DNA of 64,000 nt from Scyliorhinus canicula (GCF_902713615.1 NC_052161.1:119514636-119578635), one strand, 5' to 3'. Positions 39,134 to 51,946 are shown, counted from the stretch's first letter. The notes: a model not told the origin generated them from the sequence alone. Program-made: numbers and translations.

Positions 39134-42100
39134 GACTTCCGGTGGCGGCAATGCGGAGCTAAGCCGCACGTTCGGCAGCTCCCGCTAATAACGGACCTTG
39201 GGGCTCTTTTCAGGGCCCCCAACAGAACTTCGTTGACGAATCCCGACATGGGAAGGGGTCTCTAAGGTCCTATGGTCCGGACCAGGAGTGGAGCAAGAAG
39301 AAAAACGGTGGAAACGCCCCTGGAAAAGCGGGGGAAGAGAAACAAAATGGCGGCCGGTGGAGCACTCGAGGAGCTGAGGCAGTGGGCGCAGGAGACTCTG
39401 CTGCGCTGCTTCCAGGAGCTTAAGGTGGAGCTGCTGGAGTCGCTGAAGGCTACCACCAGAGAGCTGATGTAGACTCAGACAGCCCAGGGGGCCGCGATCC
39501 GGGAGCTGCAGCAGCAGGCCTCCAAAAGGGAAGATGAGGCCGTGGCCGTCGCGGGGAAGGTGGAGATGCACGAGGCGCTCCATAAAAAGTGGCAGGAGCG
39601 GTTCGAGGAGCTGGACAACCGATTGAGGCGTAAGAATTTGCAAATCCTGGGCCTCACGGAGGGGCTGGAGGGGTCGGACCTGGCGGCCTATGTGGTTGTT
39701 ATGCTGAACTCGCTGATGGGAGCTGGGTCCTTCCAGGGGCCCCTGGAGTTGGAGGGGGCCCACAGAATTCTGGCTAGGAGACCCAAGCAGAACCAGCCGC
39801 CACGGGCGGTGTTGGTGCGGTTTCACCGGTTCGTTGATCGTGAGTGCGTGCTCCGGTGGGCCAAGAAGGAGCGGAGCAGCAAGTGGGAGAACACGGAGGT
39901 GCGGATCTTCCAGGACTGGAGTGCGGAGGTGGCTAAGCGGAGGGCCGGGTTCAACCGGACGACGGTGGTGCTCCACAGATGGAGCGTGAGGTTTGGCATG
40001 TTGCAGCCGGCGCCTCTGTGGGTCACCTACAAGGATCGGCACCATTATTCTGAGACCCCGGAGAAGGCGTGGCTTTTGTGCAGGCCGAGAAACTGGACTG
40101 AAACTGAGGGTCCAAGATGGGGGATTTTGTATGATAATGTAATTATGTTTGATTTTTGCTCTTGAGGGGGGGGGTTCTCTGTTTAATGGAAGATGTGGGT
40201 TGGCTTTGGGGTGGGTGGGGCGATGTCGTTATGTCTTTTTGTATGGGTCTGGTGGACGGGTTCGGGCAGGGAGGTAAACTGGAAGATCACGGGAGCTGGT
40301 GGTGGGGACTGGCAATGGGAGTTGCCCTAGAGGAGGCGGGGTTGGGCAGGGCGAAGGCACGGGCTTTTCTCTGGTTTCCCGCGCTGTGGGATGATGGGGA
40401 CGGAATCGGGGCTGAGAAGAGCGGGCCGTTGCTGCCTTTTATTTTCCCGTGCAAGAGCGGGGGGGGGGGGAGGAGGGCTTGCGGATAGGCATGAAGGAGG
40501 AGTAGTCCCACGTGGGGAGGAGTCGGTGATATGGCGGGAGTCGCCGGGGTCAGCAGAAGTTAGCTGGCTCACAGGAGTGCTATGAAGGGAGGGGCGCGGC
40601 TGGGGGGTACCGGGTTGCTGCTGGAATGGCCAGGAAGGAGCTTGAGGATGCAGGGGGTGCTGGGGGGGGGGGAAAGAGTTGCCGCCGTGGGGAACTGGCC
40701 GAGCGGGGGACGCTGGCCAGTGGTGGGCAGGGGATGGGTTATGGCTAATCGGCAGGGGAGGGGGGGCAGGGAGCCCTCTGATCCGGCTGGTAACCTGGAA
40801 TGTGAGGGGGCTGAATGGGCCGGTCAAACGGATCCGGGAGTTTGCGCACCTGAAGGGGCTGAAGGCGGATGTGGCCATGCTCCAGGAGACACACCTGAAA
40901 GTGGCAGACCAGGTTCGGCTGAGGAAGGGATGGGTGGGCCAAGTATTTCATTCAGGGCTGGATGAGAAGAACCGGGGGGTGGCAATCCTGGTGGGAAAGA
41001 GGGTGTCGTTTGAGGGGTTAAATGTGGTGGCTGACAGTGGCGGGAGGTATGTGATGGTGAGTGGTAAGCTGCAGGGGGAGCGGGTGGTATTGGTGAATGT
41101 TTACGCCCCAAATTGGGACATGCGGGGTTTATGCGGTGCATGTTGGGCCGCATTCCGGACCTGGAGTTGGGGGGCCTGAATCCCCCATTGGATCGATCCA
41201 AGTCCCGGACAGGTAGGAGGCCACCGGCGGCTAAGGTGTTGAGGGGATTTATGGATCAGATGGGAGGAGTGGATCCCTGGAGGTTTGCGAGGCCAAGGGC
41301 CAGGGAGTACTCGTTTTTCTCCCACGTGCATAAGGCCTATTTGAGGATTGATTTCTTTGTCCTGAGCAGGGGGCTGGTTTTGAGGGTGGAGGATGCTGAA
41401 TACTCTGCCATTGCCATTTCAGATCATGCCTCGCACTGGGTGGACCTTGGGCTGGGGGAGGAGAGGGACCAACGTCCGCTCTGGCGATTGGAGGTGGGGC
41501 TGCTGGCAGATGAGGAGGTGGCCGGGAGGGTTAGGGGGTGTATAGAGAGGTACCTTGAGGCAAAGATAACGGGGAGATCCGAGTGGGGACGGTCTGGGGG
41601 GCATTGAAGGCGGTGATTAGAGGAGAGTTGGTTTCCATCCGAACCCATAGGGAGAGGGGGGAGCAGAGGGAGAGGGAGAGACTGATAGGGGAGATGGTGA
41701 GGGTGGATAGGAGATATGCAGAGGCTCCGGAGGAGGGATTGCTGGGGGAGAGGCGTAGCCTTCAGGCCAGGTTCGACCTATTGACTACCAGAAAGGCGGA
41801 AGCTCAGTGGAGGAAAGCACAGGGGGCGGTGTATGAATATGGGGAGAAGGCGAGCAGGGTGCTGGCACACCAGCTCCGAAAGCGGGACGCGGCCAGGGAG
41901 ATTGGGGGAGTGACGGATAGAGCTGGGAAGGTGGTGTGGAGGGGGGTAGATGTTAATGGGGTCTTCAGGGACTTTTATGGGGAACTGTACCGGTCTGAAC
42001 CCCCGGTGGAGGGGGGAGGAATGGGGCACTTCTTGGACAAGCTGCGATTTCCGAGGGTGGAGGAGGGGCAGGTGGAGGGACTGGGGGCGCCGATTGAGCT

Positions 42101-42215
42101 GGAGGAGCTGGTTAAAGGGATAGGGAGCATGCAGTCGGGGAAGGCGCCGGGGCCGGATGGGTTTCCGGCTGAATTTTATAAAGGGTATGCGGACCTATTG
42201 GTCCGGACCTTTAAC

Positions 42216-42266
<51 letters not shown>

Positions 42267-43777
42267 TTTGCCCCCAACTATGTCACGGACACTGATTTCC
42301 TTGATCCTGAAACGGGACAAGGACCCTCTGCAGTGTGGGTCATATAGGCCAATCTCGCTGCTCAATGTAGACGCCAAGCTGCTGGCAAAGATCTTAGCCA
42401 CAAGAATAGAGGATTGTGTGCCGGGGGTCATTCATGAGGACCAGACGGGGGTTGTGAAGGGAAGGCAGTTGAATACAAACGTATGAAGGCTCCTCAACGT
42501 TATTATGATGCCGGCTGTTGAAGGGGAGGCAGAGATAGTGGTGGCATTAGACACGGAGAAGGCCTTCGATAGGGTTGAGTGGGGGTATCTGTGGGAGATG
42601 TTGGAAAGGTTTGGGTTTGGGGAGGGGTTTGCCCGTCGGGTGAGGTTGCTCTATGAGGCCCCGATGGCGAGTGTAGCCACGAATAGGAGGAGGTCGGAGT
42701 ACTTTCGGTTGTACCGGGGGACGAGACAGGGGTGTCCCCTGTCCCCCTTGCTCTTTGCATTGGCAATTGAGCCCCTGGCCATGGCGTTGAGGGAGTCAGG
42801 GAACTGGAGGGGCCTGGTGCAGGGTGGGGAGGAGCATCGAGTGTCGCTTTATGCGGACGACCTGTGCTGTATGTGACGGACCCGGTGGGGTGGATGCCAG
42901 AGGTGATGAGGATTCTTAGTGAATTTGGGGGCTTCTCTGGGTATAAGCTGAACCTGGGCAAGAGCGAGTTGTTCGTGGTGCATCCGGGGTATCAGGAGGA
43001 GGGGATTGGTAGGCTCCCACGGAAGCAGGCAGGGAAGAGCTTCAGGTACCTAGGAGTCCAGGTGGCTAGGAGCTGGGGGGGCCCTGCACAAGCTCAACCT
43101 CACAAGGTTGGTGGAGCAGATGGAGGAGTTCAAAAGGTGGGATATGTTACCGCTGTCACTGGCGGGGAGGGTGCAGTCCGTTAAGGTGATGGTGCTCCCG
43201 AGGTTTTTGTTCCTGTTCCAGTGCCTCCCCATCCTTATCCCGAAGGCCTTTTTTAGGAGGGTCAACAGGAGCATTACGGGATTTGTGTGGGCAGGCTGGG
43301 GACTCGCAATTTTTGGGGTTGCCGTGGAGCTGGGAGCGCAGGAGGCGAAAGAGGCCGGTGTCCTGGCCTTTCCGTCCCTAGTAGCCTGGCGGAGGATTCT
43401 TCTTCAGTGGAAGGATGCAAGGCCCCCAAGCGTGGAGGCCTGGATCAATGATATGGCGGGTTCATCAAATTGGAGGTGAAATTTGCCCTGAGGGGATCAG
43501 TACAAGGGTTCTTTAGGCGGTGGCAGCCTTTCCTGGACTTCCTGGCGGAACGGTAGGGAAATAGGCCGGCAGCATGGAGAACTGTGTACATGGGTTTGTG
43601 GGATGTGGCGGGTGTTATCTCTTTCCTTTTTGTTTTTGTTGTTTGCTTTTTTTTTTCAGTTGCTTTTGTAGTTGGGTGGGTGTTGTTCTTGGGTTTTTAC
43701 CATGGTTGTTTTGTTAATATTGTTTTGTTGTTTATATTTTGTGAGAATCGTAATAAAAATTATTTTAAAAAAAATAA
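39134..43777 (+). mobile_element. L1-clade LINE, 5'-complete, decayed, with ~1 kb deletion near the 3' end of ORF2
   Basis: ORF1 (from 39272, premature stop at 39470; ELDNRLRRKNL..GL.EG, AHR...PRAVLVRF). ORF2 endonuclease (VTWNVRGLN, LQETHL, NVYAPN, SDH) and RT (KAPGPDG, YRPISLLN, QGCPLSP, YADD). A-rich tail; TSD ATTA(A/C)AGCACGTTCT at 39119 and 43778. Confidence 0.93.
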
Positions 43778-43792
43778 ATTACAGCACGTTCT

Positions 43793-44019
43793 GGGCAGCA
43801 CGGTGGCGCAGTGGATTAGCCTTGTTATCTCACGGCGCCCAGGTTCCAGGTTCGATCCCGGCTCTGGGTCACTGTCCGTGTGGAGTTTGCACATTCTCCC
43901 TGTGTTTGCGTGGGTTTCACCCCCAAAACCCAAAGATGTGCAGGCTAGGTGGATTGGCCACGCTAAATTGTCCCTTAAATGGAAAAAGTGAATTGGGTAC
44001 TCTAAATTTATTTTAAAAT
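43793..44019 (+). mobile_element. V-SINE, short poly-A-tailed subfamily, inserted at the L1 target site
   Basis: Flanked by ATTACAGCACGTTCT and ATTAAAGCATGTTCT. Confidence 0.9.
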
Positions 44020-44856
44020 ATTAAAGCATGTTCTTGGTCAACAGTAGAGATTGAATTAAAGCTCACTCTTGTGCATTGGAGCTTGAGGCAGTGCAAATGG
44101 AATGTTTTTGAAATTTTGTGACGGATCATTTTTCATCCTGGGGAAACGACACCAAGGCCGTTTTACTCAATGTTTCAACAGATGTGCATTTTCACGGCAC
44201 AGATGGCGGCCATAAAAAAATGCAACAGCAATGGTGGTTTCTGCTGCAGCAAATATTGCACCTGATGCATGGCAAACACCACTGGCAGTCAAAACAAAAT
44301 GAAATACGGATCTTGAAGCAGACTACTTCATGAATCAAAATCGCTGCCAAAGTAAATGGACGGAGATTAGAGACAGTAGTCCTAGGGAATGGAATGCTTT
44401 CTATTTTGGACAGCAGTGTCTGCAATCATTCTCAGTTTAGCTACTGTATGTTTAAATGCAACACCACACTCCCTGTAATTTGCCCAAACCTTGGAGAAGT
44501 ATCCTGGCTGTACCCAAATCCATTTTTCACTTTCAATACCAGTTATCCTGCACCCCATCCAAACAAATTTAGTGCTGTGGGGCCTTTAGCAACTAGTTGG
44601 AAATTTCTCAACTACATTCCACGAAGAATCCACACAGACAGGTGACATTTTCATCCCATCAGTCTGGGAACCTCATGGACGTGAAAGGGGTAATATTCAT
44701 CCTTCTTAATAAACAATTTTGAAAGGTGAATAATCAAAAGTATATTTTTCTGCTAAATGTGAAATATTTGGTAGCTGAAGTATATGTCTGAAGATACCAC
44801 CATTAAAATACCCAACACTGCACCAGACAGCCTAACTGCTTTACAAAAGTGCACAA

Positions 44857-45379
44857 TTAAGGAAGATCGAGTAAACAGTGTTGATTATATAGTTCTTGTG
44901 TGATGTCGTAAGTATTTGAAATGAGTGGTAATGCTTCTCCCAGTGTAGCTACAACCTTTTCGCTTGGGCCCATATTCATAATCTCAAAGAAGCTTGCCCG
45001 GCTTGGCAGCATATAAAAGGCAATAGCTGCAGCTTTGCGCACTATCCAAGGGTGGTAGTTGGCCAAGGAGTCATTATAGGCCTCTGAACAAAGGACGGAC
45101 GTTTTGCTGTCATCAGATGCTACCCGCAACTTCTCCAGAAAGAGCTGCAGCCACTTGAGGGCACGGTGGAGCCTCAGTAAGGTCCGACAGCCAGATTCGC
45201 AGTGGTCGCCCCGCTTCTCCAGGTCCACAAGGCGGTGATCTACCTCGTACTTCACCATTGACTGAACTGTAAGATACATTTGGCCATTTGCACCACATCT
45301 GTAGTTTTCCAGAATTTGGATTTTGGCGACAGCATCATTTGAAATAAATGAAAAGGCGGTCCCGAGACTATTCATGAAC
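44857..45379 (-). CDS. CPTP: Ceramide-1-phosphate transfer protein, last coding exon (spliced CDS 642 nt, 213 aa)
   Basis: Acceptor ttactctttag|G, then FMNSLGTAFSFISNDAVAKI...SGCRTLLRLHRALKWLQLFLE...YHPWIVRKA...LLDLP*. These are diagnostic GLTP-fold/CPTP motifs, in frame with the 57305-57423 exon. Confidence 0.96.
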
Positions 45380-47158
45380 CTAAAGAGTAACAAAACAGAA
45401 ATATATCTTGAAGCATCACAGGCAACCTCCTGGCTCATAAAAATGTAATTCAATCACTAACAAAAATTTTAATTAAAATACAATTGAGAAGCAATACTCC
45501 TAGAATTAACACAACATCAGTCTATTGTCAAGCAGGTTGTCACATCCAGAACAGTAGCTACAACTTGAACTCAGGAGTTTATCCTATATGATGCAGCTAA
45601 AAGATTGCAAATTCGATCCCTGACTTTTCACTGATCTGGGATGGTAGACATACAACGTTGTACATCATCCCTAATGGTTAGAGAGAGGGGAAAACAGGGG
45701 TCCCAATCACTCCCCATTGAGACCCTGCTAATAACACCAGAGAACGGGACTGGAGTCAGCAATGATGTTTCCAGTGGGTTGAACAGTCTGCCGACATGAA
45801 TCATCAAGACTAACAGCTGAATGTTAGACACTCGGGTGATGTACTGAAGAGTTATCGAACTTCCAATGTATCCCAGCGTAGAATCAGTACCTTCTGAGGC
45901 ATGTATAAGTCACATTTCGATGCTAATGCTACTTCTTAGCACATTGCTATTTCCTTTTGAAAGTTTTGTCAATGCACATGGTGTACACATTGCATGCCTT
46001 TCCACAGTAGCACCCAGCCATTAACATGTCTGGATGTAGTGACTTGCTTTACAATGAACCGAATATTGTAGTAACCCTAGGATGACTGTTTGCAAGTAGA
46101 ATTTGTACAAAATATTGAAGGGTTTTAACCAAGATTAATAAATTACAGCATATCCAATTTCATATCTATGAGCAGTCACCACGCCCTGTTCCTGAACAAA
46201 TTACTAATGAGCAGATTTATTTGAAGAAACTTCATTTGGGGAACTAAAAACCACTAAAAACTAAAAACTTCAGGGGAGGCATGGTGGTGCACTGCTTAGC
46301 ACTGCTGCCTCATGGCACCAAGGACCCGGGTTCAATCTCGGTCCCGGGTCACTGCCTGTGTGGAGTTTGCACATTCTTCCTGTGACTGTGTGCCTCATCT
46401 CCACAGCCCAAAGATGTGCAGTGTAGGTGGATTGGCCACGCTAAAATTTCCCCTTAATTGGAAAAAAAAATAATTGGCCTCTTTAAATTAAAAAAAATCT
46501 GAAACTTCACTTGCCTAAAATTTTAACTCTGGGCAGTTATGAATAAAATGAAATAGAAAAGAAATCTGGCAATGCCAGGAATCAGAAGTAAAATTGGTCG
46601 ACGGGGGAGTATACAATGGGTTATTGGAAGTGCTGCTGTCATTTCTCCAGTGAAAAAGATAGCAGTTTTGGGAAACCGGACATGCAAGGAATCATTTGGA
46701 AATCCAGATGTCGCTTTCTGCGTTTCTCCCGATGGTGCACCGCTGAGACAAAAACAGAAAATTCTGGAAAATCTCAGCAAGTCTGACAGCATCTGTGGAG
46801 AGAGAAGAGAGCTAACAGAGTCTGGGTGACTCTTCGTCAGAGCTAAAAAAAACTGGAAATAGGATGAGATGTATATTGTTGTGGGGGGTTGGAGCAGTGA
46901 GGGCAGGAGAGAGGGTCAGTGATAGGTGGAGGCTAGGTGTACTGCTGAGGATCCCCAGACTACAATCATTGGGAAATCTATTAAATACTAAGAACTTCCA
47001 CTCCTGCATCATTACTTTCACTGTAAAACTGCAAAACATCCTTGAAAAAGTTACACAATGTTGACCTCGAGATGCAATTGAGTTTTCAATGGTGTACTAA
47101 CTTCATGAATGTGAAGGTATCCACTTTGGTAGGAAAAACAGAATGGCAGAGTATTATT

Positions 47159-47911
47159 ATTTGAAAATATTTTTATTCTCCATTTTCACATTTTCTTCAG
47201 AATTTACACCCCACCAACAAACAGTAAACAGTAACGAATACAATGTCAAACCCGTATCAACAACAATGATGCCATCCTTCCACCACCCCCCAAACAACGG
47301 CCCACCTGACAATATAAGCATCAAATAAAACTAAACCTCCCAAGGAGGAAAAAAGAAAAAGGAATCGCCCCAGTCACCGTTGACACATATAGTCCACCCC
47401 CCCCAACCCCACCGAGGTGAGTTGATCACTGTGCTGCGATAATTCCTCTTTCACTTCCTTCAGTGTCTCACCTTGCTCCCACACCTCCGCCGCTGCTCTC
47501 GATACCGCCGCCCTCACCGGGGCAATCGCCTCCTCCACCAGCACTTTCAATACCTCCCCCCATCTCCTCCTTCATCACTTCCACATGCTTTGTGAACTGT
47601 TTTTCAAGTTCCACAACCATCACTTTGGTCATTTCTTCTGCTGTGAGCGATGCGGCCTCCACTGGTGCTCCAGCCTCCGCTTTCCTTACAGTTCCTGCGC
47701 TGACTTTTCCACTCACCGGCGGACTTTCATTAACCCCTTTGTTCACGGCTGTTTTTCTCCCAAACTTGGACATTTCTCCTCCCTGTGCCTTCATACAGCT
47801 TCTTCCAGCCTCCGTTGCCCCTGGGACCGGGCGTTAAAACCCCAAAATTTATAGTCCCGAGCTAGAGCCCTCCAGTGTGCGGCTGCCTCCCACCCGCCGT
47901 CACCGGAAGTA
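47159..47911 (-). mobile_element. Internally deleted mini-L1 (5' UTR and ORF1 start fused to 3' UTR)
   Basis: Begins ACTTCCGGTGACGGC like the two long L1s; ORF1-like MSKFGRKTAVNKG...ELEKQFTKHVEVMKEEM; then an L1-like 3' UTR with AATAAA; 17-bp TSD AATGGCAGAGTATTATT (47142, 47912). Confidence 0.85.
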
Positions 47912-48899
47912 AATGGCAGAGTATTATTTAAATGGTGATAAGGTTGAGAAATGCTGATGGACAAAGGGATCTGGGTGTCCCTGTACACCAATCGCTGAAA
48001 GCAAGTATGCAGATGCAACAAGCAGTTAAGATGCAAATGGTATGTTGGCCTCCATTGCAAAAGGATTTGAGTACAGGAGCAAGGATGTCTCACTGCAGCT
48101 GTACAGGGCCTTGGTGAGATCATACCTGGAGTATTGTGTGCAGTTTTGATCTCCTTGACTAAGAAAAAGTATAACTGCCATAGAGAGAGTGCAGCGAAGG
48201 TTCACCAGATTGAATCCTGGGATGGCAAGACTGTTGTAGGAGGAGCGATTGGGTCAACCTGACTGGTATTCACTGGAGTTAATTTCTGACAAGGGTGGAC
48301 AGACTAGATGCAAGGATGTTGTTTCTTCTGGCGGGAGGGGTCATAGTGTCATGTTATGGGATAGGCCATTTAGGACTGAGATGAGGAAATCTCTTCACTC
48401 AAGAGAGTGGTGAACCCGGGACTTCCGGTGGCGGCGATGTTCGAGTGAGCCGCACATTCGGCGGGCTCTCACTCCGGCGGGGCTTAGCAGCTGATTCCCC
48501 GCGATAGCGGGACCACGGGGGCGGCAAAAAGGCTGCCGTGAAAGAAGAGGAGAGCGGGCTGCAGCGGATGGAATCGTGGGAGGCCAGCAGGTAGAGGAAG
48601 AAAGAGAGAGAGAGAGACGGAGGCAAGGAGGAAACTGACCTGAAGGGTAAGATGGCGGACCCACGGACCTTCCTTCCTCCAGGACAAGGAAAAAAAGTTT
48701 GGAGTTGCTGAGGAGGGACAGCTTGGACCCACTTCAGATGCCCAGGAGGTAAAATTTAAGGAGCTGGGCGAAGGAAGGGGCAGCGAAGGTGCTGAGGAGC
48801 GGGCTGCGGCACATGGAACAGCGGGATTCCAGAAGGCAGAAGAAGAAGGAGAAAAAGGGACAGAGACAAGGACCTGAAGAAAATTACCTGGGAGCTAAG

Positions 48900-49694
48900 A
48901 TGGTGGACACACGGACCCCGGACTCAGCAATCCAGCAGGTGCTGGATAACATGCTCCAGGTAATGAAGTCCAGTTTTGAAGCGCTGAAGCGGGACAGCTT
49001 GGGCCCAATCCAGAAAGCGGTGGATCAGCTGAACCAGAGGCTGGACGCCCAGGATGTTAAAGTTAAGGAGCTGGGAGAGGCGGTGGAGGAGCAGGCGGAT
49101 GCGCAAACAGTTGCAGCGCTAGAAGTTGACGGCCTGAAAGAGCGGCAGAGAAGACTGCTGGACAGAGTGGAGGAGCTGGAGAATAGAATCCGCAGGAACA
49201 ATCTGAGGATGGTCGGCCTCCCGGAGGGGGCTGAGGGAGCTGATGCTGCAGCGTTTGTAGCAGACCTGCTGAAGCAGCTGATGGGGGCCGAAGCCTTTCC
49301 GCGACCGCTGGAGCTGGAGGAGGCACACAGAGTGCAGGCAAGGCAGGGGCGGCCGGGTGGACCCCCCCGCCCGATGGTGATTAGGTTCCACAGGTTCGTG
49401 GACAAGGAGCGGGTGCTGCAGTGGGCAAAGAGCGCCAGGAGCAGCACGTGGAACAACAGTGTTCTCCGCATTTATCAGGACCTAAGCCAGGAGGTGGCTC
49501 GGCGGCGAGCAGCCTTTAAGAATGTCAAGGAGGTGCTGTTCAAGAAGCACGTGAAGTTTGGTCTGCTGTTCCCAGCTCGGCTATGGGTCACGCACCAGGG
49601 TCAACACCACTACTTCTCCGAGCCCGAAGAAGCGATGGATTTTGTGAGGGACCTGGGGCTGGTCCCGAAAGGAGGCCCCAAGGACGCGAGTTAG
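48900..49694 (+). CDS. L1 ORF1p (coiled coil, RRM, CTD), uninterrupted
   Basis: Heptad coiled coil followed by ELENRIRRNNLRMVGLPEGAE, AHRV...PRPMVIRF, LRIYQDLS, FGLLFPARL, typical of L1 ORF1p. Confidence 0.88.
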   Translation: MVDTRTPDSAIQQVLDNMLQVMKSSFEALKRDSLGPIQKAVDQLNQRLDAQDVKVKELGEAVEEQADAQTVAALEVDGLKERQRRLLDRVEELENRIRRNNLRMVGLPEGAEGADAAAFVADLLKQLMGAEAFPRPLELEEAHRVQARQGRPGGPPRPMVIRFHRFVDKERVLQWAKSARSSTWNNSVLRIYQDLSQEVARRRAAFKNVKEVLFKKHVKFGLLFPARLWVTHQGQHHYFSEPEEAMDFVRDLGLVPKGGPKDAS

Positions 49695-51256
49695 GGCCCC
49701 GAGGATTTCTGTGGGAAGGAACGCCGAATGTGCCTGGACTGCTGCTCAATGGTTTGCTGGGCCAAAGGGGCCAAGCGGAACATTTGAGACTCTTTCCTTT
49801 GTTCATGGACATTTATGTGCTTTTTCTCTTTTTTCTGTGTTTTTTTTTCCTGTTTGGGCTGGTTTGTGCTTTTTGTGCAGCTCGCGGAAGGTACTGGAGC
49901 CGGCTTGCCCCAGTGGATGGGGAGGAGGACGGGGAAACAATGGGAATGAGACAGGAAGGCGCCGGAGTGTTGAGTCACCGGGCTAGCAGATTGGCTAGTC
50001 AAGGGAGTCAGATGGGGGGGGAAGTTACAGCCAGTAGATGGCAGGGGTGGGGGTATCGGGGGATGGAGTTAGGGGAGGGGGGTGTTGTTCTGCTGAAGGG
50101 AGAGGGACTTGAAATAGGCACTGGAAAGGAGGTAGAGGGTGGAGGCAGCCAAAGGGCGGGCCAGGAATGGCGCGATGCACGGGCCAGGGGCCGGCCCGAG
50201 AAAGGCTATGGCTGGCCGGCCGGGGGGGGGGGGGGGCCCGACCAGGCTGATCACCTGGAACGTCAAGGGACTGAATGGGCCGGTTAAGAGGGTGCGGGTG
50301 TTCGCGCACTTGCAGGCCCTGAGGGCGGACGTAATTATGTTGCAGGAGACACATCTGAAAGTGTCGGACCAGACCAGGCTAAGGAAGGGCTGGATTAGCC
50401 AGGTCTTCCACTCGGACTTGGACTCGAAGTCCAGATGGGTGGCAATCATGATTAACAAGCGCGTGCAATTTGAGGCAGAGGGCATATCCGCAGACAGGGG
50501 GGGGCAGATACCTGGTGGTACGGGGCAGACTGGAGGGGAGAAGAGTGGTGCTGGTGAATATATATGCCCCGAACTGGGATGACGTGGACTTCATTAAAAA
50601 AGTGCTGGGGAAGATCCCGGACTTGGATTCTCGCAGGCTAATAATGGGAGGGGACTTTAACATGGTCCTTGACCCGACTGTGGATCGGTCGTGTCCCAGA
50701 ACGGGTAGACTCTCAGCAATGGCAAGGGAGCTGAAAGGGTTTATGGAGCAAATGGGGGCAGTGGACCCCTGGAGAGATAGACAGCCAACAGGAAGGGGCT
50801 ACTCGTTTTACTCGCACGTCCATAAAGTATATTCCAGGATAGATTTCTTTGTACTAAGCAGGGACTGTATGGGGGAGGTAAAGAACACGGAATACTCAGC
50901 AATTACCATTTCAGACCATGCCCCGCATTGGGTGGACCTGCAGTTCGGGGAGCGAGCTATCAACGCCCGCAATGGAGGCTAGATGTGGGACTACTGTCGG
51001 AGGAGGGGATCTGCGAGAGGCTTCGGAAATGTATAAAAAATTACCTGCAGGTGAATGACACGGGGGAGGTCTCAGCGGCGACCCTGTGGGAGGCGCTAAA
51101 GGCAGTAGTGCGGGGGGAGCTGATTTCAATTGGGGCCCACAGAGCCAAGGCAGACCGGGCAGAGATGGATAGATTGGTCAGGGAAATGGGTCGGATAGAT
51201 GAAGAGCACGCGGAGTCCCCGGGGGAGGTTTTACTCAGGGAGAGGCAGAGACTAGG

Positions 51257-51946
51257 GCCTCAGGGCAGCACGGTAGCATAGTGGCTAGCACAAATGCTTC
51301 ACAGCTCCAGGGTCCCAGGTTCGAATCCCGGCTTGGGTCACTGTCTGTGTGGAGTCTGCACGTTCTCCCCGTGTGTGCGTGGGTTTCCTCCGGGTGCTCC
51401 GGTTTCCTCCCACAGTCCAAAGATGTGCAGGTTAGGTGAACTGGCCATGATAAATTGCCCTCAGGGTCCAAATTGCCCTTAGTGTTAGGTGGGGTTACTA
51501 GGGTTATGGGGATAGGGTGGAGGTATGGGCTTGGGTAGGGTGCTCTTTCCAAGTGCCGGTGCAGACTCGATGGGCCGAATGGCCTCCTTCTGCACTGTAA
51601 ATTCTATAATTGGGGCCTCAGGGTAGCATGGTGGTTAGCATCAATGCTTCACAGCTCCAGGGTCCCAGGTTCGAATCCCGGCTGGGTCACTGTCTGTGTG
51701 GAGTCTGCACGTCCTCCCCGTGTGTGCGTGGGTTTCCTCCGGGTGCTCCGGTTTCCTCCCACAGTCCAAAGATGTGCGGGTTAGGTGGATTGGCCATGCT
51801 TAAATTGCCCGTAGTGTAAGGTTAATGGGGGGGATTGTTGGGTTATGGGTATACGGGTTACGTGGGTTTAAGTAGGGTGATCATTGCTCGGCACAACATC
51901 GAGGGCCGAAGGGCCTGTTCTGTGCTGTACTGTTCTATGTTCTATG
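51257..51946 (+). mobile_element. Head-to-tail dimer of HE1-like SINEs inside L1 ORF2
   Basis: Two SINE units (~51257-51610, ~51611-51946), each preceded by GGGCCTCAGGG; L1 ORF2 reads RQRL|QAEL across the insertion. Confidence 0.88.

Noticed and set aside
45380-45453. N-terminal extension of the CPTP ORF in the track
   Set aside because: Intronic: the acceptor is at 45380 and the real N-terminus is at 57423.
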